Shown here piece after piece: positions 25,860 to 37,218 of a stretch of 64,000 nt of DNA; within the stretch, counting starts at the first letter, position 1, and each line of letters starts with the position of its first letter. The notes below the pieces were generated by a model. The model ran no database searches and was not told the origin of the DNA. It was given only the letters and a program-made list of their open reading frames with translations. The position numbers were made by a program, and so were the translations under genes. The stretch is taken from NCBI RefSeq assembly GCF_964213995.1, contig NC_135801.1:115072001-115136000 (forward strand), read 5' to 3'. The stretch is from Mustelus asterias. Its lineage: Eukaryota.

Positions 25860-26465
25860 ACAACGGGGTGCTGTGGATGGAGTTATACCAACCATAAATT
25901 GTACCGGTTCACGGACTCCCAAGAAACTTCCCTTTTAGCGGTCTGGTGGAGTGCGTAGCCCACATCTATGTTAATTGTCATAAGCTGCATTCGCCTTTTT
26001 GTGACCTGAAAAACCTTTTATTGATGTTTTATTTGCACTTCAGTCCCATACTCCTGATTTACTGGCACCTGGTGCAAAGGGGGATGTGGGGAACCTCCTT
26101 GTGAACCTACTCCTTGGCCTGGCCAGTCTTGTCATAAACTGGTCCAGGCAGCAGGTGACCAAGGGGGTCGTCTAACCGACCATCAGCCCCTCCACTGTGG
26201 CTACATTCATGGCCGGGTGTCCCTGGAAAGGGAGCATGCAGAGTCCGTGTGCACCATCGAGGCCTTCCATGCCTGTTGGGCCCCACAGGCTGGGGTATAT
26301 TATTGACCCTCTTAATTACATTTTGATTTGATGTTTTAAGTTTCCTTTACACTTTGTTTTTTTTTGCTTTGGGCGGTTCCCTCCTCCCCCCTTTTTTTAA
26401 CGAGCCGCCCCTTTTACTTTGTCCCTCGGTTTATTTGGTTTAGTTTATTTGGTTTGCCAAAAAGA
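25860..26465 (+). mobile_element. Tx1-clade LINE 3' fragment
   Basis: Decayed ORF2 end NLLVNLLLGLASLVINWSRQ...GYIHGRVSLEREHA...TIEAFHACWAP, followed by a T-rich 3' UTR. Confidence 0.6.
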
Positions 26466-26778
26466 TTGGAGGGAGTTACAGGTGGACAACAGAGAGGTCA
26501 ATGTCACAGGGAGCAGAATGTACAGACAGAGATTCAGCTTCTATAATCTCTCAGACAGGATGTACTCCCAGACAACTTAAACGAAACCCATGAAATGCCC
26601 CCAATCTTTGCTTAATAGCCAAACCTTGGAAAGAGAGTATCAGAGCTGTAAATTTAAATAGCTTTAAAACAGCCTCATTTAAAATATTCTAATTAGTAAC
26701 ACCCCCCATTGGAAAACTCAAGTCTGTTAAAATTGGAAGTGGAGATGTTGAGGCCAGTTCCTGCAGGATACTCATGTA

Positions 26779-27400
26779 GCCAAGAAGGCATACGACATGC
26801 TTGCCTTCATCGGCTGGGGCATTGAGTTTAAAAATTGGCAAGTCACGTTGCAGCTTTATAGAACCTTAGTCAGGCCGCACTTGGAATATAGTGTTCAATT
26901 CTGGTCGCCACACTACCAGAAGGATGTGGAGGCTTTGGAGAGGGTACAGAAAAGATTACCAGGATGTTGCCTGGTATGGAGGGCATTACTTCTCACTGGA
27001 ACGATGGAGGTTGAGTTTGTGACCTGATAGAAGTCTACAAGAATATGAGGGGCATGGACAGAGTGGATAGTGAGAAGCTTTTTCCCAGGGTGGAAGTGTT
27101 AATTTTTAGAGGGCATAGGTTTAAGGTGCAAGGGGCAAAGTTTAAAGAAGATGTATGAGGCAAGTGTTTTTTACACAGAGGGTGGTGGGTGTCTGGAACT
27201 CGCTGCTGGGGGAGATAGTGGAAGCAGGTACGATAGTGACTTTTAAGGGGCATCTTGACAAATACATATATAGGATGTGAATTAGAGGGATAATGACCCC
27301 GGAAGAGTAGGGGGTTTTAGTTCAGACGGGCAGCATGGTCGGTGCAGGCTTGGAGGGCTGAAGGGCCTGTTCCTGTGCTGTAAGTTTCTTTGTTCTTTGC
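26779..27400 (+). mobile_element. CR1 LINE 3' fragment
   Basis: KKAYDMLAFIGWGIEFKN...LYRTLVRPHLEYSVQFWSPHYQKD; tail GGGCTGAAGGGCCTGTTCCTGTGCTG. Confidence 0.88.
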
Positions 27401-27479
27401 TTTTAAAGTCCTAACCGACTCCTGTCTTTTTCTTCATCCTGAAGGACTAAACTTTCCCCATAGCGTTTACTTTAATTTT

Positions 27480-28690
27480 GGCAGTGGTTTAATAATTAAT
27501 TTTAATTAAGAACAGAAGCAGCCGGGGTTAGATTGGGGCAGTTTACCATTTATCATTGTTCCAGGAAAGAAAGGCTGGTAATCCGCAGGGACAGCTTATC
27601 AATAATGTTCTTTGCTGGTAAATATATTAATTATACGTCTAGAATTTAAGTCTTGCTGGACACGACACTGCTGATACCTCATTTGTGGTTCTATTAGTCA
27701 CGGATGCAAGGTGCTCACAGCAAACGCCTCCTGTGCAGCGACCTTGGTTTGCTCCATGTTACCACATGCCTACTCTTGGTCTATTTGGCTTTTTTTGCAA
27801 AGCTATCAGTTACCTGATAACAGGGCCAGAAACAGCAAACAGCGAGCTGTATGTTTTCCACTAAGTCCACAGATTCAGTCCTTACTGAGCCCATTTGAAA
27901 TGGTCACTTAATGCTTTTATTCACACTGCCTGACAGTGGGCTCAATGCTTTTCCCATTGCACTCCAAACTCACATCCCAAAAGGCTGCTACCGACACCTT
28001 TACAGCTCCCACTGAACAGAAGCCTACGGTTGCGAGAACAAGTTGCTAAAATGCCAAACATCCAATATGAGAATGTTCAGGTAATGGAAGCGGCTTTAAA
28101 TGCCAGTAAATTACTGTAACAATTTTACAAGCAAAGGGTGCATCTTTATTCTTGGGGACTTGGTAACTCATGAGTTAAAGAGCCGGCTCGTCACTTGCTA
28201 TTCACCATTTAATTCTTAACGGCAGCAATCACTCTCATCATTAGCATCATTATTATGGTTTAGCAGCACCACGTGGTAAAAGAGCTATCAAAGAGGAATG
28301 CTGACATTTCTAATTTATTGAATCCCGTATGGTAAATAGAATTCGAGAGGATCTGGGATAGTGAGGGTTTGACCAAATTAGAGGACTGCTCCCTAATTGG
28401 GATTGGAATATTATTTATAGATTCATTGGCTGGCAAGCGGGTAAATGAAATCTCTCACCGTGATCCACGAAGCCCAGCGCCAGCGCCAGCACCATGTTCT
28501 GGTTAGATGCTCGGTGTAACATTCAGACATCCCATTCTGCCAGTTGCCTTTATTTCCCGCCTTTTGCTTTGCTTGCGTTTTCAATCCAGAAGTTCGATTT
28601 TAACCTCATGCGAAACAGTCGTGAATGAGCAGCTGAGGTGAATTTATTTTTAATCATTTTTCAAAATGAAGCCAATGACTTTAATTTTAA
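27480..28690. promoter_or_regulatory. TE-free island about 11-12 kb upstream of pdx2; candidate endodermal enhancer/CNE
   Basis: Clustered GATA (TTATCA), FoxA-type (GTAAATA at about 27618 and 28332), TCF-type (ATCAAAG at about 28287), E-box (CACGTG at about 28269) and TAAT motifs. No repeats. Confidence 0.35.
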
Positions 28691-29402
28691 TAACTGGTTA
28701 GGTGCGTTGACTCGAGCAGGCGCCGGAGTGTGGCGACTCGGCGAATTTCACAGTACCTTCATTGCAGTGTTAATGTAAGCCTTACTTGTGACTAATAAAC
28801 TTTAACTTTTTTTTGCTCTAAAATGGATGAGATTCATTAGTAATACAGAAAGTATGCTAAAGGGCTATATAGTCAAGCAGCAGAGTCAGCCCTGTATATT
28901 AACTAGCTCAGCGTCATTGATCGATCGCCTTTTCAAAAAATCGATTTTTTTCCACCTAGAACTTTTCAAGTTGCTGTATTCACACGACCTGGTGCTCAGA
29001 GGAATTACATACCGACTGAAACTACATTGGATTGGAGCAGTTAATCAGCAACTTAACATCATATTTCCCAGGTGAAACACACCATACCAAAACTTTCTTT
29101 TAGAAATGAGTTGCGTAAGTATGTACAGTATTGGTGTTTCTTGCCCGCAACATCCGACCCCACCTTAACGCAGCTCCGTTTGTCTTGGATTGACCTTAAT
29201 GTCAGCGGCGACCTGGGCGTCTCTCTGAACATTTCTGTCCTTACTCATTTTTGTTACTAAAGACAAAACATCCATCCGTGCTCTACTGCAAAGGTGTCTA
29301 GAGCAAATCAAACACGTGCTTCAGTTCCTTCACATAGTACATGCGGTAAGAATAAAAATGTATCATTCAGTGGGCCAACTGCTGATAATGCAACTACCCG
29401 AG

Positions 29403-29528
29403 CTCTGTGGCTCTGTCACTGTGTTGCGGTCACTCCAGCTCTCTGTGGCTCTGTCACTATGTTGGAGCCACCCGAACTCTCTGTGGCTCTGTCACTATGT
29501 TGGAGCCACCCGAACTCGCTGTGGCTCT
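29403..29528. repeat. Minisatellite, 38-bp unit x ~3.3
   Basis: CTCTGTGGCTCTGTCACTATGTTGGAGCCACCCGAACT starting at 29403 (diverged), 29441, 29479 and 29517 (partial). Confidence 0.9.
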
Positions 29529-30359
29529 CTCCACCGAGTCAAACTCCAGGCAATTGACAGGCAACGTGATTTAATTTGTCTCAAGTTTGTCAGTGACGCT
29601 AATTTTGGGTGCAATTTCCAGATAACTAACCGCGACCAAAACAACTCCCCCTTCTCTATCAATATAATTGTGTGGAGAAAAATATCATGTTAATAAGTTT
29701 CAAAATCAATTATTTAAGAATTTTATTTTTGTTCATACCTGCGTAGTTTTATGTTGAGCATATTATTATTACAATAATATAATTAATTGTAGTAGCATTG
29801 AAATCCAGGTGAATTGGTAATGGAGTAATAAGGTGATTGTTAGACATAATATATAGATATAAAATGTATGTACAGCGAAGGGACTGATGATCTAAAATAT
29901 AATACACTGTTGGGCATATGAATTGTTTTGTAATGAACGTTTTTTTCGTTTTAGAATTTGCTTATCTTATAGCGACGCCAAGCTTCATTTATAACTAATT
30001 ATCCAAAGGGCTACCAGTTATTCTTAAAGCCACCTTTAGCTGGCAGAAGAGAAAAGCAACATGGGCTGGGGGGAAAGGGTAGGAGAGTGGGGCTAGCAGA
30101 ATTACCTTTGCAGAGAGCGGCAGGCCGATCGATCTGTGGTGTAAACATCCTATAAATCCAGCACCGTATCCAAACTCCAAAACAGTGTCTGTACGTTGGA
30201 GCTATCCTATAGCTATGGCTGCTATTTGGAGTTATCCTAACAGTAAGAGGAAAATCTGTTTTTTCTCATAACATTGAACGATGATAGAATTCCCGGCGTA
30301 TCTAAAAGCTACCTCGATACTTTGTAACTTCAGAGTTATACTGCCATGTCACTGAGCAT

Positions 30360-30630
30360 TAGACCATAAGAGGTAGGAGCAGAAGTAGGCCATTCGGCCC
30401 ATAGAGACTGCTCCGCCATTCAATGAGATCATGACTGATCTGATATAATAATCCTTAACTCCACATTCCAGCCATATCCCCATAACGCTTGATTCCCTTA
30501 CTGATTAAAAATCTGTCTATCTCAGTCTCTACAGCTCTCCACGACAATTAATTACATAGATTCATTAGCCTTTGAGAGAAGAAATTCCTCCTCATCCCTG
30601 TCTTAAATGGGCGACCCCTTACTCTGAGCA
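30360..30630 (-). mobile_element. CR1 3' tail fragment
   Basis: AGGAGCAGAAGTAGGCCATTCGGCCC...GAGAAGAAATTCCTCCTCATC, the reverse complement of a CR1 end. Confidence 0.75.
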
Positions 30631-31209
30631 TTGATATGAAAGTAACAATGTTAGCCAAAAAGCATTGGTAAAAGATTTAAAGGTTGACTAGTGTTATCTG
30701 TTCAAACCTCTGGGATACTTTCATCAAACTTAAAATGTTTTTGCATGGATTTGCCTATACATTGAGGAGGCAATCTTAACATTAGCAACCTTTTACATAT
30801 TCACTATCGAAACTCTTGGCTTGTCAATTCTCAGTACTTCGTGCTCATCAAGTATTCTGAACTGTGAAAATTTCACCGTGTGCATTGATGGACAATACCA
30901 GATCCAGGGATGATTCAAATTCTACAAATTAATGTTGTTCTGTCTCATGTTGAGTTTCAGGAACTATTCCGATTCAAACTTTTGACATGATTATCAGCTC
31001 ACACTGAATAGAAAATCTTAAACATGACTGAATTGACACATATCTGCAAACAGTCTATTTTTTCCATATTTGATTTGTAAAGAAGTGTCAAAGGCCTGGA
31101 AAGTTCACAAACTCAAAATCCTAAGCTGAGCTTCCAAATTCAAATATTGCCATCACAAAGACGATTTACTTCTGTCTCTAATATCACCCACCTCTGTCCC
31201 TGCCAAAAT

Positions 31210-31338
31210 ATGGAGATGCCGGCGTTGGACTGGGGTAAGCACAGTAAGAAGTCTCACAACACCAGGTTAAAGTCCAACAGGTTTATTTGGTAGCACAAGC
31301 CACAAGCTTTTGGAGCGCTGCCCCTACATCAGGTGAGG
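31210..31338 (-). mobile_element. Solo PLE pseudo-LTR with degenerate hammerhead, inside an L2 remnant (about 31130-32210)
   Basis: TGGAGATGCCGGCGTTGGACTGGGGTAAGCACAGTAAGAAG...CATCAGGTGAG is the reverse complement of the PLE 3' end. Confidence 0.8.
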
Positions 31339-31769
31339 GAAAACCATGGGTCGCTTAAATCTCATCCATGCTTTGTCGCCTCCAGCGCTGAACAGTTCCA
31401 ATGATCTCTTGGCCAACTTCTCACTCTACAACATTCATAAACTACAGCTCATCCCAATTTCTGCTGCCTGTATTCTATAACATAACAAATCAAGCTACAC
31501 CTATTTGCCCCTATCCTTGCTGTCTTACAATGCATTCCAATTTCAATACCTTCAATTTACAATTTTCATATGTGTTTAAATTTCTTCAAAACTTCAATTA
31601 TCTCCCTATTTCTTAAACTTTACCAGCCCTCTAACCACATCCTCTCTCCCACCCTTAGCCTCAGAATCTCCATTCCTCTGACTCTGATGTCATGTACATT
31701 CTCCTCTCCTTTCATTCCAACATCGACAGACATACCTTTAGCTGTCCAGGCCCCATGCTTCAGCATGCT

Positions 31770-31887
31770 ATCGCTATACTCCACTACCTCTTCACTTCCT
31801 TCCAAAAAATCGCTATACTCCACTACCTCTTCACTTCACTTCCAAAAATCGCTATACTCCACTACCTCTTCACTTCACTTCCAAAAA
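31770..31887. repeat. Minisatellite, 39-bp unit x 3
   Basis: ATCGCTATACTCCACTACCTCTTCACTTC(A)CTTCCAAAA at 31770, 31809 and 31848. Confidence 0.9.
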
Positions 31888-32307
31888 ATTGCTCCTTAGA
31901 GTCCTGGGATGCGTAGGTTAGAGGTATTAGTGGGTAAAATATGTGGAGGTAGGGCCTGGGTGGGATTGTGGTCGGTGCAGACTCGATGGGCCGAATGGCC
32001 TCCTTCTGCACTGTAGGGTTTCTATGATTTCTATGATTTCTTCTTCTCCGCCTCTAAGATCCCCTTAAAACCCACCTCTTCAAACAAACCTGTGGTCACT
32101 CTGACCAATATGCCCTTCTCCAATCAGTGTTTCTTCCCCCTCCCCCTTCCCATGCCTCTATGAAGCCATGGTGATATTCATTCAATGTTAAAAGTGTTAT
32201 ATGTCAATTCAAGATATGATATGAATCGTTTGTTCCAGATTCTTGTTATTATTTATTTGTATGATTATGGTTGGGTGCTTTTTTCCAAAATTTGAAATAT
32301 ACATCTT

Positions 32308-32598
32308 GGGGCAGCACAGTGGCACAATGGTTAGCACTGCTGCCTCACAGCTCAAGGGGCCCCGGTTCAATTCCTGGCTTGGGTCACTGTCTGTGTGGTG
32401 TTTGCACATTCTCCCCATGTCTGTGTGGGTTTCCTCCCACAGTCCAAAGATATGCCGGTTAGGTGAACTGGCTATGCTAAATTCTCCTTCAGTGTACCTG
32501 AACAGGTGCCGGAGTGTGGCGACTAGGGGATTTTCACAGTAACTTCATTGCAATGTGAATGTAAGACTTACTTGTGACTAATAAATATACTTTACTTT
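32308..32598 (+). mobile_element. V-SINE (alternative-tail type); tail-only pieces also at about 28700-28805 (+) and 33036-33180 (-)
   Basis: GGGGCAGCACAGTGGCACAATGGTTAGCACTGC...CTTACTTGTGACTAATAAAT. Confidence 0.85.
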
Positions 32599-33457
32599 TC
32601 TTAAATGAGATTTGATACCTTATCACTGAATAAATTGTGAGAAGTTTGTACAATTTTACTAGAATCAAAACCTTTCCAAGTACCAAGAACTGGCCAACTT
32701 GTTCTATTTATACACATTTAATTGTTTTGTTCAAAGCTTGTTTTAATATCAATATGATTGTGCTGTTTTATGCCATACATTACAATTACACAAGTATGTG
32801 ACTAAAATTATACTGAGCACGAGATCTCCTTTAATATCAGTCCCACTACAAATTGGACAAGTAAAACAGAGGGCAGTTAGCACTGCTTTCTTTTCATGCC
32901 ACGGCATAAGATCAATTGAAGTGGAGAACAAATGTAATAAAGACAAATATATTCTGAAATAGATTTTTGGAAGTATGTTTGAACTTGTTTTATATTGCAA
33001 TTTAGCTACCAACTCCCAAAGAGCACTACTTTTTAAAGTTTAAAGTTTATTTATTAGTGTCACAAGTAGGCTTACATTAACACTACAGTGAAGTTACTGA
33101 GAAATCCCCAAGTGGCCACATTCCAGCGTCTATTCGGGTACACTGAGGGAGAATTTTAGCATCGTCAATACACCTAATCACACGCACTTTCTTACCCCAA
33201 TGGCCATATTAATGTAAATAAGCTGGTTTGAAATAACATGAGTAGTATACATTTACAGTGGAGTCCTTTCAGCTGTTGCTAAGCTAACTGGGGTTGGTTA
33301 AATTTCTACTGCAGCAGCAACACACATTTTGATCGTAAATCACAATATATTTTGTCACGATTCTATTATTCACAAACATTATATTTCTTGAGCTTTGATG
33401 AAGGGTCATCCAAGATGCGCTTGGCTCTATTCTCTCTCCACAGATGCTGTCAGACCT

Positions 33458-33745
33458 TTGATTTAGTTTGATTTATTATTGTCACATGTATTAGTATACA
33501 ATGAAAAGTATTGTATCTTGCATGCTATACAACTCATACCATTCATAGAGAAGGAAACGAGAGAGTGCAGAATGTAATGTTACAGTCATAGCGAAGGTGT
33601 AGAGAAAGATCAACTTAATGCGAGGCAGGTGCATTCAAAAGTCTGATGGCAGCAGGGAAGTAGCTGTTCTTGAGTCGGTTGGTATGTGACCTCAGACTTT
33701 TGTATCTTTTTCCCGATGGAAGAAGGTGGAACAGAGTATGCCCGA
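33458..33745 (-). mobile_element. Rex1/Babar LINE 3' fragment inserted into a small hammerhead-type element (33388-33457 and 33748-33815)
   Basis: ORF 33615-33803 has HLGHTLFHLLPSGKRYKSLRSHTNRLKNSYFPAAIRLLN. The flanks join into the 41555-41694-type element. Confidence 0.8.
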
Positions 33746-34421
33746 GGTGCTTGGGATTTTTCAGCATTTCTGTTTCTGTTTCAGATTCCAGCATCCGCAG
33801 CATTTTGCCTTTATATTTTCTTCATTTTGACACCAGGACGTGCATTCTACTTGTCTCCATTCCCGAAAAGATATATGCAACAGAATAAAAGTAACATCAT
33901 TAATCCCATAGCATACATCATTAACAAAACACACACTCAGTCGTGATCTTACGAGTGCCATATAATGTTTAAGGAATGGCTAGAACTTACTTTTACATCA
34001 GTGTACAAAATCTATATCGCCTGAACCTCTTAATAAGGTTACACTTTAAAACAATCTGTGCTTATTAGTACACTCACAATACACAAACTCAATATATACT
34101 GGCATATCATTTCTTAACAACTCAAGCGATTCCCACATAAGTCGTCACATTGGGGAGGTAGAAAATGGGTGCATGGGTCATATAACTGTATCCCAACACA
34201 TCACTGATATAAGGAGCAGAAGGTAAATCTGAGAAATAATAGCGCAACTGATTTAGACGTGCCTAAATCTTATTTAGTAGTATGTGCCTACCATTCATAT
34301 ACCGATCCTTAAAATTTTTTCTTGTGCAACGGAAGTTGATGAATAAGGGTGATCTCTTGGTTCACAAAATATCAGAAAACCTGAATTTTAAAGGAAAATT
34401 AATCAGATGACTGCAAGTCCC

Positions 34422-35302
34422 AAGATTGGTGGAGTAGTGGATGAGGTGGAGGGCTGTTGTAGGCTGCAAAGAGACATAGATAGGATGCAAAGCTGGGCTG
34501 AAAAATGGCAAATGGAGTTTAACCCTGATAAATGTGAGGTGATTCATTTTGGTAGGACTAATTTAAATGTGGATTACAGGGTCAAAGGTAGGGTTCTGAA
34601 GACTGGAGGAACAGAGAGATCTTGGGGTCCATATCCACAGATCTCTAAAGGTTGCCACTCTAGTGGATAGAGCTGTGATGAAGGCCTATAGTGTGTTAGC
34701 TTTTATTAACAGGGGGTTGGAGTTTAAGAGCCCAGGGGTTATGCTGCAACTGTACAGGACCTTGGTGAGACCACATTTAGAATATTGTGTGCAGTTCTGG
34801 TCACCTCACTATAAGAAGGATGTGGAAGCGCTGGAAAGAGCACAAAGGAGATTTACCAGGGTGCTGCCTGGTTTGGAGGGTAGGTCTTATGAGGAAAGGT
34901 TGAGGGAGCTAGGGCTGTTCTCTCTGGAGTGGAGGAGGCTGAGAGGAGACTTAATAGAGGTTTATAAAATGATGAAGGGGATAGATAGAGTGAACGTTCA
35001 AAGACTATTTCCTCGGGTGGATGGAACTATTACAAGGGGGCATAACTATAGGGTTCATGGTGGAAGATATAGGAAGGATATCAGAGGTAGGTTCTTTACG
35101 CAGAGAGTGGTTGGGGTGTGGAATGGACTGCCTGCGGTGATAGTGGAGTCAGACACTTTAGGAACATTTAAGTGGTTATTAGATAGGTACATGGAACACA
35201 CCAGGATGATAGGGAGTAGGATAGCTTGATCTTGGTTTCAGATAAAGCTCGGCACGACATTGTGGGCCGAAGGGCCTGTTCTGTGCTGTACTGTTCTATG
35301 TT
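34422..35302 (+). mobile_element. CR1 LINE 3' fragment (frameshifted)
   Basis: KIGGVVD...LQRDIDRMQSWAEKWQMEFNPDKCEV, ORF 34663-35229, and a CR1 tail. Confidence 0.92.
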
Positions 35303-35909
35303 CCCATACGAAACACCAGCATTTCATGATAAGCTAAGGGTACCACTCCTGTTGCAGAATTTCACTCCCTGTCAAATCTCCATGTAGTTTGGGAAACAAC
35401 ATTTTTCTTCACCTGATAGGCACATGCACACTTGCAGCAGGAATTGATGCTCAGAGATCAGGAATAAAAGCATTGGGTGGTTTTTGTCTCCCCAAGAAAG
35501 GGCTCTGAGGCCTGTTCATTATTAATGGATGACTTCTCAGATGGGAAAACATTCTCATCTTTAATGTTTTAAACAATGTTATCCGCCATACAATTGCATT
35601 TAAAATGATTTATGCCCATTCTTAGTTAACAAACAATATACGTGTTTACACCTATACCTACTGTGTAGTATATGTGTTCATTATGTTGTACTTTGGACAC
35701 CACATTTTAGTAAGCATTCTTTTGAAATAAAATTATGACCCAAGTTCTGCAAAGCGCAGGGGAAAATCTACCAAGCAACAAAAAGGCACATCAGTTACAA
35801 TAATGTAATTTAAATTATCTCCATAATCGCATCTTTAAGTTCTTACATTAATAATTTTGATCAAACACTCTCAAAGCCTGGGTTTATATTCTATGTTCTT
35901 CCCAAGGTT

Positions 35910-37218
35910 AGTGAGAAATCTCACAACACCAGGTTAAAGTCCAACAGGTTTATTTGGCAGCACTAGCTTTCAGAGCCTCAAGCTCCTTCATCAAGTGAGT
36001 CAGGACTTGTGTTCACAAACAGGGCATATAAAGACACAAACTCAATTTACAAGATAATGGTTGGAATGTGAGTCTTTACAGGTAATCAAGTCTTAAAGGT
36101 ACAGACAATGTGAGTGGAGAGAGGGTTAAGCACAGGTTAAAGAGATGTGTATTGTCTCCAGCCAGGTCGTAGCTTCTCTGCTCCGGGGAAGTACTGGACG
36201 ATGAAGACCTCCTCAGAAGACAAACACGGGACACGGCGGACAAAGTACCCTTCGTCGTCCAGTACTTCCCTTGAGCAGAGAAGCCACGACATCTTCTCCG
36301 GAGCCTTCAACATGTCATCGCTGAAGATGAACATCTCGCCAAGGCCATCCCCACACCCCCACTTCTTGCCTTCAAACAACCGCACAATTTCAAACAGACC
36401 ATTGTTCGCAGCAAACTACACAGCCTTCAGGAGAACAGTGACCACGACATCACACAACCCTGCCACAGCAACCTCTGCAAGACATGCCGGATCATCGACA
36501 CAGATGCCATCATCTCACGTGAGAACACCATCCACCAGGTACACGGTACATACTCTTGTGACTCTGCCAACGTTGTCAACCTGATACGCTGCAGGAAAGG
36601 ATGTCCCGAGGTATGGTACATTGGGGAGACCATGCAGACGCTACAACAACGAATGAATGAACACCACTCGACAATCACCAGGCAGGAGTGTTCCCTTCCA
36701 GTTGGGGAACACTTCAGCAGTCACGGGCATTCAGCTTCTGATCTTCGGGTAAGCATTCTCCAAGGCGGCCTTCACGACACGCGACAACGTAGAATCGCTG
36801 AGCAGAAACTGATAGCCAAGTTCCGCACACATGAGGATGGCCTCAACCGGGTTCTTGGGTTCATGTCACACTATCTGTAACCCCCACGACTTGCCTGGGC
36901 TTACAAAATCTCACTAACTGTCCTGACTGGAGATAAGACACATCTCTTTAACCTGTGCTTGGCCCCCTCTCCACTCACATTGTCTGTACCTTTAAGACTT
37001 GATTACCTGTAAAGACTCGCATTCCAACCATTATCTTGTAAATTGAGTTTGTGTCTTTATATGCCCTGTTTGTGAACACAAGTCCTGACGCGCCTGATGA
37101 AGGAGCTTGAGGCTCCGAAAGCTAGTGCTGCCAAATAAACCTGTTGGACTTTAACCTGGTGTTGTGAGACTTCTTACTGTGCTTACCCCAGTCCAACGCC
37201 GGCATCTCCACATCATGG
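35910..37218 (+). mobile_element. Penelope-like element with inverted pseudo-LTR at 5' end, frameshifted GIY-YIG ORF and 12-bp TSD
   Basis: 35910-36165 is an inverted copy of the 3' end. The body 36205-36880 is homologous to 12860-13535. CTTCCCAAGGTT at 35898-35909 and 37219-37230. Confidence 0.92.
37091..37127 (+). ncRNA. Minimal hammerhead ribozyme in PLE pseudo-LTR (inverted, core-mutated partner at 35961-35997)
   Basis: CGC-CTGATGA-AGGAGCTTGAGGCTCC-GAAA-GCTA-GTG; stem II is GGAGC/GCTCC. Confidence 0.8.

Noticed and set aside
29403-29528. 38-bp repeats resembling a CRISPR array (also 31770-31887)
   Set aside because: The units are head-to-tail with no unique spacers, there are no cas genes, and the context is eukaryotic. 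These are ordinary minisatellites.
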